Positions 9,185 to 16,376 of a DNA stretch of 44,309 nucleotides are shown here, in pieces. Position 1 is the stretch's first letter, and every line of letters starts with the position of its first letter. Under the pieces are notes generated by a model that was not told where the DNA came from, did not search any database, and was given only the letters and a program-made list of their open reading frames with translations. Both the position numbers and the translations under genes were made by a program. Location: assembly GCA_049589315.1 (NCBI GenBank), contig JBAWAM010000661.1:1-44309 (forward strand), given 5' to 3'. Source of the stretch: Myxococcaceae bacterium (GTDB lineage Bacteria > Myxococcota > Myxococcia > Myxococcales > Myxococcaceae).

Positions 9185-10750
9185 GTGGTCCATGTTTCGC
9201 GGGCTATGGCCCGATCCGACATCCGCAATCCCGAGCCCGTCACGTCCGAGCCGCAGGCTACGCAGGCCAGCCACGACACGCTGAACCCGCCGGCACTGGT
9301 CGACTTCATGATGACCCGGTGGAAGCCTTCGACCGGCCGTCCGCCTCCGCGGATCAAGGGCTGGGAGCAGTTTCAGGCGCGGCGCCGTGCGCTGTCCCAG
9401 AAGTTCCCGGGAGAGACGCTGATCATCCCGACGGGACACGAGAAGGTCCGCTCCAACGACACCTGGTTCCGCTTCCGCCCGAGCTCGGACTTCTACTACC
9501 TGACCGGGAACGTCGAGCCGGACTGCGTGCTGGTGCTGCAGCCGAAGAACGGCGGCGGGCATCAGGACATCCTGTTCGTCGAACCGAACCCCGGCCGCAG
9601 CGACAAGACCTTCTTCACCGATCGGGCGAAAGGCGAGCTGTGGGTGGGCCCGCGGCTGGGCGTGAAGGAGAGCCAGGCGCGCTTCGGCGTGGACGAAGCG
9701 CGCGGGCTGCCGGATCTCGGGACCTTTGTGGACGCGCTGGTCGGCGGCAAGGCCTCCCGCCCGTGGCGGGTCGTGCGCGGCTTCTCGCCCGCGCTCGAGG
9801 CGAAGCTGCCGGAGCAGGCCGAGCGCGACAAGGAGCTCGCGACGCTCCTCTCCGAGATGCGCCTGCACAAGGACGCTCTGGAGGTCCGCGAGCTGAAGGC
9901 GGTGATCGACTCCACGAAGCGCGGCTTCGAGGACGTCATCCGCCGGCTGCGCGAAGGCGGTACGGAGCGCCACGTCGAGGGCATCTTCAACATGCGCGCG
10001 CGCGTCGAAGGAAACGACGTGGGCTACGGGACGATCGCGGCCGCCGGCGCGCACGCGTGCACGCTGCACTGGACGCGCAACGACGGCCCGCTGAAGGAGG
10101 GCGAGCTCCTGTTGCTGGACGCAGGCGTGGAGGGCAACTCGCTCTACACGGCCGACATCACCCGGACCCTCCCGATCAATGGCCGCTTCTCGAAGGAGCA
10201 GCGCGAGGTCTACGAGCTGGTGCACCAGGCCCAGCAGGCGGCGTTCGCAGCGGTGAAGCCCGGCAACGACTTCATGGAGCCGCACCGCCGCGCGATGCGC
10301 GTGCTCGCCGAGGGCCTCGAGCGGATGGGCATCCTGCCCACCACCGCGGAGGAGGCGCTCAAGGACGAGAACCAGTTCTACAAGCGCTACTCCCTCCACA
10401 ACGTGAGCCACATGCTCGGGCTCGACGTGCACGACTGCGCGCAGGCCCGCCAGGAGGTCTACAAGTACGGGAAGCTCGAGCCGGGCATGGTGCTGACCAT
10501 CGAGCCGGGCCTGTACTTCCAACTCGACGACCTCACCGTGCCCAGGAAGTACCGGGGCATCGGCGTGCGCATCGAGGACGACGTGCTGGTGACGAAGCGC
10601 GGGATGCAGAACCTGTCCGAGGACATCCCCAGCGAGCCGCGCGAGGTCGAGGCGTGGATGGCGTCGCTCTGGAAGGGCGGACGCGCTACTTCTTCAAGAC
10701 CCAGAAGTCGCGTGGCGCGTCAGGAAAAGAAGCGTCTGGCTCGACGGTGA
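9185..10750 (+). CDS. Xaa-Pro aminopeptidase (M24B family, with AMP_N domain)
   Basis: FRPSSDFYYLTG (AMP_N), DAG...YTADITRT, HNVSHMLGLDVHD, LTIEPGLY and GIGVRIEDDV metal-ligand blocks. The start is uncertain (GTG at 9185 or ATG at 9206). Confidence 0.86.
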   Translation: MVHVSRAMARSDIRNPEPVTSEPQATQASHDTLNPPALVDFMMTRWKPSTGRPPPRIKGWEQFQARRRALSQKFPGETLIIPTGHEKVRSNDTWFRFRPSSDFYYLTGNVEPDCVLVLQPKNGGGHQDILFVEPNPGRSDKTFFTDRAKGELWVGPRLGVKESQARFGVDEARGLPDLGTFVDALVGGKASRPWRVVRGFSPALEAKLPEQAERDKELATLLSEMRLHKDALEVRELKAVIDSTKRGFEDVIRRLREGGTERHVEGIFNMRARVEGNDVGYGTIAAAGAHACTLHWTRNDGPLKEGELLLLDAGVEGNSLYTADITRTLPINGRFSKEQREVYELVHQAQQAAFAAVKPGNDFMEPHRRAMRVLAEGLERMGILPTTAEEALKDENQFYKRYSLHNVSHMLGLDVHDCAQARQEVYKYGKLEPGMVLTIEPGLYFQLDDLTVPRKYRGIGVRIEDDVLVTKRGMQNLSEDIPSEPREVEAWMASLWKGGRATSSRPRSRVARQEKKRLARR

Positions 10751-11942
10751 AGCCGATCCGGCCGACCTCCCGGCCGTCGGAGGTGCGGATCTCCACGCTC
10801 CAGTCGCCGGGGAGCGGCTTGGAGAGGCTGGCGAAGACCCGATAGCCCTCGGCGCGGCCGCCCGTGAGCTTCGGGTACTCCCACTTGCTGACCTCGCGCC
10901 ATCCCTTCTCCGGGTGGTCGTAGAACCAATGGAAGTAGATGGATCGCCCCTGGAAGCTCATGGGGGCGAACACGCTGGCGAACACGTAGACCTTGTCGCC
11001 CTCGCGCGCGCGGAACACCTGATCGCCGCGCTGCCAGAAGCGCCACGCCGGGCGTTCATGCAGCAGCTCATACTGGCCGTCCTCGCCCCTGCGCACGTCG
11101 TGGAAGACTCCGAGGTACTCCACGGACAGCGGCACCGGGGGGATCGACCCCGCGAAGTACAGTGCGAGCAACGCGACCTGGACGCCACCCGCAGGCGCAG
11201 CAATCTGCTTGAGCGCGATCTCCTTCTCACCGCTCCACTTGCGCGCGAGCTTGAAGAACAGCAGGAACGGCGGAACCGACAGGAGAGCCGCGAGCACGAA
11301 CAACACCGCGCTCATCGTCCCGAACAGCACCGGGAGCAGGTACGCGAAGTACGCCGTCAGCGAGAGGCTGTAGAGCCCGAACCGAACCACCGGCCCCCTC
11401 TTCCGGAAGCGCGGCAGCTCGTTCGCGACGAGCAGGCCGAAGATCACCAGCAGGAAGATCGCGGCACTGACGCCCGAGGCGCTCTTGAAGAAGAAGAGCG
11501 CATAGCTGCTGAGCAGGCTGCCCAGCAGGAAGTGAAGCGCGTCCTCCGACAACCTCAGCAGCCAGCGGAGGCCCTTCGGCGGCTGCTCGCCCGTGAGCCT
11601 GTAGCGCTGCTCGAACAGGAGGAGCCCGCCCAGGACCAGCAGATAGACGCCCTGCTGCAGCAGCGTGGTCCAATTGTCGATGCGGTCGAGCGTGACGACG
11701 TCGAACAGGAAGCCGCCCGCGAAGAAGAGCGCCATCTCCGCGCGCGCGTGGCGTTTGCGGAACGCCTGGATGCGCGCGGTGATCGTCGACGTGCCGCTCG
11801 CGTTCCGAGCGCCCTCGGTCGGCTCCTGGGAGCCTTCGCTCGCTACCTCGCCTGCCGTGTTCTGCTCCATGGCGCGGGGGAACATACCCGAGGAGGAAGC
11901 ATTCCTGTGTTGCCGCGCGCCCTCCCCAACCCGAGCTTGCAA
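10686..11942 (-). CDS. Multi-pass membrane protein with a C-terminal beta-rich domain (DUF2914-like)
   Basis: About 7 hydrophobic helices, then ...GDKVYVFASVFAPMSFQGRSIYFHWFYDHPEKGW..., which I associate with DUF2914. The start is uncertain (TTG 11942, ATG 11885 or ATG 11870). The 3' end overlaps the convergent aminopeptidase gene by 65 nt. Confidence 0.65.
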   Translation of the reverse strand: MQARVGEGARQHRNASSSGMFPRAMEQNTAGEVASEGSQEPTEGARNASGTSTITARIQAFRKRHARAEMALFFAGGFLFDVVTLDRIDNWTTLLQQGVYLLVLGGLLLFEQRYRLTGEQPPKGLRWLLRLSEDALHFLLGSLLSSYALFFFKSASGVSAAIFLLVIFGLLVANELPRFRKRGPVVRFGLYSLSLTAYFAYLLPVLFGTMSAVLFVLAALLSVPPFLLFFKLARKWSGEKEIALKQIAAPAGGVQVALLALYFAGSIPPVPLSVEYLGVFHDVRRGEDGQYELLHERPAWRFWQRGDQVFRAREGDKVYVFASVFAPMSFQGRSIYFHWFYDHPEKGWREVSKWEYPKLTGGRAEGYRVFASLSKPLPGDWSVEIRTSDGREVGRIGFTVEPDASFPDAPRDFWVLKK

Positions 11943-11978
11943 GGAGTACCGCCGTCTCGGGGTTCTCCGGAGACAAGC

Positions 11979-12332
11979 ATGAAGCTCAAGAAGCGCATCA
12001 AGGAGGTCGTCGCCATCGGGTGTCAGTTCCGCATCCGGGAGGAAGATGACGGGCTGGTCATCGAATTCGAACCGCTGCCGGCCCGGTCGAGGGGCAAGTT
12101 CCCAGGAAGATGCGCAATCAAGACCGACCCGTGGGGAAACGTGATCGGGTGCACGAATCTCGGCTGTTCCGGCCGCTGCAAGGTGACGGAAGGGGCGACC
12201 GGCTACTCTTGCGAGTGCGTGAAGCCGCCCTCAGTTCCGCCGAGTCCTCCCACGACGCCGACGCCATCTCCGCATCGTCGAAGGAGGAGCCGGACAGCGA
12301 CCACATCGAAGTCGAAGCGCGGCAGAAGCTGA
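11979..12332 (+). CDS. Small Cys-rich hypothetical protein (117 aa) with a Pro/Thr linker and a basic tail
   Basis: ATG at 11979. GC3 is high over the first ~80 codons. Seven Cys residues, mostly in CAIKTDPWGNVIGCTNLGCSGRCKVTEGATGYSCEC. There is no signal peptide and no recognised family. Confidence 0.5.
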   Translation: MKLKKRIKEVVAIGCQFRIREEDDGLVIEFEPLPARSRGKFPGRCAIKTDPWGNVIGCTNLGCSGRCKVTEGATGYSCECVKPPSVPPSPPTTPTPSPHRRRRSRTATTSKSKRGRS

Positions 12333-12335
12333 CTT

Positions 12336-12971
12336 CTAGAATGACTGTCCGAACAACCGCCGTGCGTCACTGCGAATCTCCGCAGCCATCTTCGGACTCG
12401 ATCCCGAGATCTCGATCGCGTTCCCGTCGAGCGCGATGGTGCTACCCCTGAGGTACAGCGGACAGCTCTCCCCGTCCTCTTCCGGGAAACCCTCGACCCG
12501 CGAGTGCTCGAGGTGACACCGCATCCGGCTCACGAGCTCCTGGGCCGGCGCATCGGGCTTGAGCTCAAGCTCAATCCCGCGGAGCGTCTCGACCACGCGC
12601 GCGACGTGGGGCGAGAGCAGCGGGCATGCGGCGCGCGCTTCCTCCGGAATCGTTCCGCACGCGGCGGCTTCGCTTTCCCGCAGTGCAGCCGCAGCCCGCG
12701 CGTGTGCATCCGCGTGGGCGCGATGGGTCTCCGTGGCCTTCAGGTGACGTTCGGTCGGGTTGTAGACGACCAGGTTTCGGTCGCCAGTGTCCTGGCCAAA
12801 TCCGACGGACCGCGCATCCGGGTCGTACTGCGTGGACGCCTCGATGGCCTGCCGACGATGCTCCAGCGACTCCCGCTGGTGCGCATCCGCGCTCATGGCG
12901 TCGGGCCGGGTGTGCGCGCACCCGACGACGAGACCCAACCCAAGTGCGGACACCGCTGCGATCCTGTTCAT
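12336..12971 (-). CDS. Hypothetical lipoprotein
   Basis: Signal peptide with lipobox LGLVVG|C, a GGAGGAAG Shine-Dalgarno ahead of the ATG, and 211 aa with four further Cys. No recognised domain. Confidence 0.7.
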   Translation of the reverse strand: MNRIAAVSALGLGLVVGCAHTRPDAMSADAHQRESLEHRRQAIEASTQYDPDARSVGFGQDTGDRNLVVYNPTERHLKATETHRAHADAHARAAAALRESEAAACGTIPEEARAACPLLSPHVARVVETLRGIELELKPDAPAQELVSRMRCHLEHSRVEGFPEEDGESCPLYLRGSTIALDGNAIEISGSSPKMAAEIRSDARRLFGQSF

Positions 12972-13009
12972 GGACTTCCTCCGCGCGATGTTTTGCTGAG
13001 GAAGAAGAG

Positions 13010-13025
13010 AGCAATCCGCGCGCCA
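13010..13025 (-). promoter_or_regulatory. Putative sigma54 (-24/-12) promoter for lipoprotein gene 12336-12971
   Basis: The coding strand reads TTGGCGCGCGGATTGCT, with GG-N10-GC spacing and a TTGCT -12 box. It ends 38 nt upstream of the ATG. Confidence 0.5.
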
Positions 13026-13121
13026 ATCGGAACTGACCTCTCGTCAGGCCACGGCGTTTCCGCTCCGAAATGTCCGAGCGCAACTGCTGCGCTGGAGCGC
13101 AGATCGCGCGCATCGACGGGG

Positions 13122-13642
13122 TCAGAACTCCATCGTGTCGCCCGTTCGGGGCACCTGCACGTGGGTGAAGCCGCGCTCGACAAGGAGCATCTGGAGCGCC
13201 TGCTGCGCTGGACCCTCGCCGTGGACAAGCGCGATTTTCCGCAGCTTGCCGTGCTCTGCCACGAGATGGGCTGCGCATCGATCCCGTCGCGTTCGATGGC
13301 GCGGTTGAGATAGCGCGCATCCGCAGCCTGGATCCTCGCCGAGTCCTCCAGCATGACCGCGCAGAGGTCCCGCGTCGCCGGCGTGGCGTACACCGGGCCC
13401 GAATAGCCCTTCCGGCAGAGCAACGGCAACGCGCCCGAGTGGTCGATGTGCGCATGAGAGAGGACCACGGCGTCGACCGACGAGGGCTCGAAGCCCAGGT
13501 GCTCGTTCCTCTCGCGCGATTCGGCCCGCCTGCCCTGGAACAGGCCACAGTCCAGGAGCACCGTGGCGTGAGGCGTGTGGACCAGATGGCGAGAGCCCGT
13601 CACCGTCCCCGCCCCGCCGACGAATTGCACCCTGACGCTCAT
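13122..13642 (-). pseudogene. Internally deleted, frameshifted beta-CASP/MBL-fold hydrolase gene
   Basis: About 115 N-terminal codons carry MBL motifs (GGAGTVTGS, HAHIDHSG, ATPATRDL). They are joined out of frame, near 13265-13290, to the last ~45 codons of the family (KIALVHGE...VQVPRTGDTMEF*). The span is 521 nt and not divisible by 3. The beta-CASP core is absent. Confidence 0.7.
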
Positions 13643-13666
13643 GCCGACACCTCCGCGCCCCGTTGG

Positions 13667-13682
13667 AGCAATCGACGTTCCA
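13667..13682 (-). promoter_or_regulatory. Putative sigma54-type promoter upstream of the decayed MBL gene
   Basis: The coding strand reads TTGGAACGTCGATTGCT, with GG-N10-GC spacing. It ends 24 nt upstream of the ATG at 13642. Confidence 0.4.
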
Positions 13683-13737
13683 AAGACTCCCGGAGAGAGA
13701 GTACCCGGACCTCACGCAATATCTGCGCGAGCGCGGG

Positions 13738-14799
13738 TCAGCACCCGCTGAGCGCCAGGCGTTCGAGCACCGAGTCGAACTCTTCTGTCTGCTCCTCGGC
13801 GAAGTCCGATGCGCGGATTGTTCGGACCGAAGCGATGAAGGCCGGCCAACGACGCCCGCATGCCTCGAAGAGTCGCTCGAACGCGTCGACGCCAGTCCCG
13901 TAGTCCTTCAATCCCGCGAGGGTCGCGTTGTTGATCGCCTTCTTCGCGCCGAGCTGCGCCTCGAGCGCCGCCAGGATGCGCGCCTTCTCCGCCTGCTTCT
14001 CTTCATCGGCTCTCGACGACCGATAGAGCGCGTCGAGCGCGCGCCAGGCCTCGTGCATGCGCTCGACACGGGCGCGGCTCTGCGCCTCGTACACCCTCCA
14101 CGCCAGCGTCTGCGGAGCGTCGGCGCCAACCGCCTCCTCCAGCCACTGCAGGGTCATCCGGTCCGCCACGAACGACGCGAGGCTCTCGTTGAACGCGGAC
14201 TGGCCGCCCACGTAGACCGTCGCGTGAACGGTCTCATGGAGGACGACGTTCGCCAATTCGCCGAGCGCCTCGGGCCCGTCGGAGATCATCGTCGAGAGCA
14301 CCGGGTCCTTCAGCCACCCCAGGGTGGAGTACGCAGACGCAGTGCGCACGTCCACGTCCAGGCGCTCTTCGCGGGCAAGCTCATCCGCGTAGGCATGTGC
14401 CGCAGCCGCGTCGAAGAAGCCCAGATATGGGACGGTGCCCACGATTGGGAAGCACCACTCCCGCTGCTCGAACGCGAGCGGAGCAGAGGCCTGGACCACC
14501 CAGACGGCCGCGCTCCGCTTCAGGTCCGCGTAGCGCTCGTAGCTTCCGGAAGGCGTCAGCCCCTGCGACTGCGCGAAGGCCTTGATCTGGGGCACCCGCC
14601 TCAGGACGCGCCGGACGTTCAGCGGTGCGTCGCCTTGCCGGAGGACCGACGTGATCGGCCGCGAACGTCGCAGGAGATCGATCTGACCACTGCCCGCCTG
14701 CGCGAGGTAGCTCGTGTGAAAGCACCCGACGAGCATGAGCGGAGCGATCGCGAGGAGCGACCTATGCACACCCCGCGAATATCGCGCCTCGATTCTCAT
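13738..14799 (-). CDS. Predicted zinc aminopeptidase lipoprotein (COG4324 / putative aminopeptidase family)
   Basis: HExxH (VVLHETVHAT) plus a downstream NESLA. The ATG at 14799 gives MRIEARYSRGVHRSLLAIAPLMLVG|C with a lipobox. The ORF track extends it to a TTG at 14820. Confidence 0.78.
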   Translation of the reverse strand: MRIEARYSRGVHRSLLAIAPLMLVGCFHTSYLAQAGSGQIDLLRRSRPITSVLRQGDAPLNVRRVLRRVPQIKAFAQSQGLTPSGSYERYADLKRSAAVWVVQASAPLAFEQREWCFPIVGTVPYLGFFDAAAAHAYADELAREERLDVDVRTASAYSTLGWLKDPVLSTMISDGPEALGELANVVLHETVHATVYVGGQSAFNESLASFVADRMTLQWLEEAVGADAPQTLAWRVYEAQSRARVERMHEAWRALDALYRSSRADEEKQAEKARILAALEAQLGAKKAINNATLAGLKDYGTGVDAFERLFEACGRRWPAFIASVRTIRASDFAEEQTEEFDSVLERLALSGC

Positions 14800-14900
14800 T
14801 ACGGCGTGCGGGATCGCCAATACCCGGGACGCCGGCGCTCGTGCGCAATTGCGACGGCTTCAGCCAACGCCTCCTCGAGCACAACAATCGGCGTGCTCAC
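14799..14900 (-). pseudogene. 33-codon stub of a RelE/ParE-type toxin gene
   Basis: A GTG overlaps the antitoxin stop (GTGA). The translation VSTPIVVLEEALAEAVAIAHERRRPGYWRSRTP* resembles the N-terminus of ParE/RelE toxins that follow this antitoxin family. Its TAA overlaps the ATG of the aminopeptidase gene. Confidence 0.4.
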
Positions 14901-15130
14901 GAGCGATTCTTCAGACGCGACCAGAACTCATCGGCAGAAAGCACGCGGGCACTTCCATTCCGAACGCTCTGCACGCGTCTGACAATCTCGTCGTGGTACT
15001 GCTCGGGCCACTCATTCGCGACCGCGCCCAGGTCCGGGGGAAGAGTGGCCTGAAGCTCGTCGATAAGCCGGGCCCTCTCGGCAGGTTCGAGCTTCAGACA
15101 TTCGGCAAGCAGGCGGTCTACGTCCGTCAC
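14897..15130 (-). CDS. Type II antitoxin, putative addiction module component family (Unstab_antitox-like)
   Basis: 77 aa with a GTG start preceded by GAAGGAG. The pattern L.LEPAERARLIDEL..TL....... EW...Y..EI.RR...V..G is typical of this family. Confidence 0.72.
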   Translation of the reverse strand: MTDVDRLLAECLKLEPAERARLIDELQATLPPDLGAVANEWPEQYHDEIVRRVQSVRNGSARVLSADEFWSRLKNRS

Positions 15131-15216
15131 GGTTCTGGCTCCTTCAAGAACTGTAGCGCTGCGACGTCAACATCGCCGTACGGCAGAGGCCGTGTCACGG
15201 AAGAGCTGCCGGTCCG

Positions 15217-15528
15217 TCAGCTGCCCTTGATCATCTGACCCAGCTCGCCGCGCTCCTCGAGCTCGATCACGATGTCCGAACCGCCGACGAACTTCCCGTG
15301 GATGTACACCTGCGGGATGGTCGGCCAGTTCGAGTACTCCTTGATGCCATCGCGTACCTCGGGCTCGTTGAGCACGTCGATGCAGTGAACGGGGCCGTGC
15401 CGCTTGAGCGCGGAGAGCGCGGCGGCGGAGAAGCCACAGCGCGGGAACATCTCATTCCCCTTCATGAAGAGCACCACCGGGTGCTGGCTGATGTCGCGAT
15501 CGAAACGGGCCTTCAGCTGCTCATTCAT
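15217..15528 (-). CDS. grxD: Monothiol glutaredoxin (Grx4 family)
   Basis: CGFS active site, WPTIPQVYI and GGSDI blocks. The ATG at 15528 overlaps the bolA stop (ATGA). The ORF track start at 15552 is probably too long. Confidence 0.9.
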   Translation of the reverse strand: MNEQLKARFDRDISQHPVVLFMKGNEMFPRCGFSAAALSALKRHGPVHCIDVLNEPEVRDGIKEYSNWPTIPQVYIHGKFVGGSDIVIELEERGELGQMIKGS

Positions 15529-15788
15529 CGTGCTCCTCCAAATCTCTTCCACTGCTCTGGCGTATAGGTCTTCAGCGCGAGCGCGTGCAGCTCGCCCGTC
15601 GCCAGCAGGTCCTTCAGCGGCGCATAGACGAGCTGGTGCTGCTCGACCATCGATTTTCCCTGAAACGTATCGGCCACCACGCGCGCCTCGAAGTGGTCGC
15701 CGGTGCCAGTGGTGTCGCGGACCTCGACCTCTGCGTCGGTCAGTGCCTCGCGGATACGCTGCTCAATCAACTTCGGGTCCAGCATCAA
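15525..15788 (-). CDS. bolA: BolA family protein
   Basis: 87 aa with DTTGTGDHFEARVVADTFQGKSMVEQHQLVY and ...HALALKTYTPEEW-type motifs. It is translationally coupled on both sides. Confidence 0.85.
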   Translation of the reverse strand: MMLDPKLIEQRIREALTDAEVEVRDTTGTGDHFEARVVADTFQGKSMVEQHQLVYAPLKDLLATGELHALALKTYTPEQWKRFGGAR

Positions 15789-16366
15789 TTCACGCCCTTC
15801 GCGGGAAACAACATGGCGGGATCAACCCCCATCCCCCGGAGGGTCGAATCCCAGAGCTGGTCCGGGTCTCCCTCGAGCACCGGACCGGCCGAAGCCTCGG
15901 TGTACAGCCAGGCCCCCGCAGCGATCTCCTGCTCCAGCTGCTTCGGGCCCCAACCTGCATACCCCAGACAGAACCGGATGCGGTGACTTCCTTTTGCGAG
16001 CAGCGGCCCGAGCGCGTCCATGGTGACGCTCAGGAACAGGCCCGGGAGCACCTCGTGGCGTTCCGGGATGTCCAGATCGTCGTGCAGGACGAATCCTCGC
16101 TGGGGCTCCACGGGGCCGCCCACGTAGACGGCCTCCTTCGCCAGGGACGGCGCGATCTCCAGCGCCTGGCCGTCCGCAAGGTCCTGCAGGGTCACCGGCG
16201 CGGCGCGGTTCAGCACGATGCCCATGGCGCCGCCCTCGCCGTACTCCAGCATCAGCACGACGGCTTTCGAAAAATTGGGATCGCCCAGCTGTGGCATGGC
16301 GATCAGGAATCCTGGAGCGAGCTGATCCACGACTAAAAGCATCCTGTGCGCGCTGGAAGCGTGCAA
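15785..16366 (-). CDS. YqgE/AlgH family protein (UPF0301)
   Basis: LIAMPQLGDPNFSKAVVLMLEYGEGGAMGIVLNR is the family signature. The ORF start is TTG at 16366, with an alternative ATG at 16342. Confidence 0.85.
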   Translation of the reverse strand: MHASSAHRMLLVVDQLAPGFLIAMPQLGDPNFSKAVVLMLEYGEGGAMGIVLNRAAPVTLQDLADGQALEIAPSLAKEAVYVGGPVEPQRGFVLHDDLDIPERHEVLPGLFLSVTMDALGPLLAKGSHRIRFCLGYAGWGPKQLEQEIAAGAWLYTEASAGPVLEGDPDQLWDSTLRGMGVDPAMLFPAKGVN

Positions 16367-16376
16367 CCTTAAGGCT

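Noticed and set aside
9186-9200. Sigma54-like element TGGTCCATGTTTCGC upstream of the M24 aminopeptidase gene
   Set aside because: The -12 box is TCGC rather than TTGC. The element would also end only ~5 nt before the ATG at 9206 and lies inside the ORF if the start is 9185, leaving no room for a leader.
12968-13290. Continuation of the MBL N-terminal frame to 12968 (the 224-aa ORF in the track)
   Set aside because: After about residue 115 the translation becomes Ser/Arg/Cys-rich and motif-free. The real family C-terminus is in another frame and ends at 13122, so this tail is a by-product of the frameshifted deletion junction.
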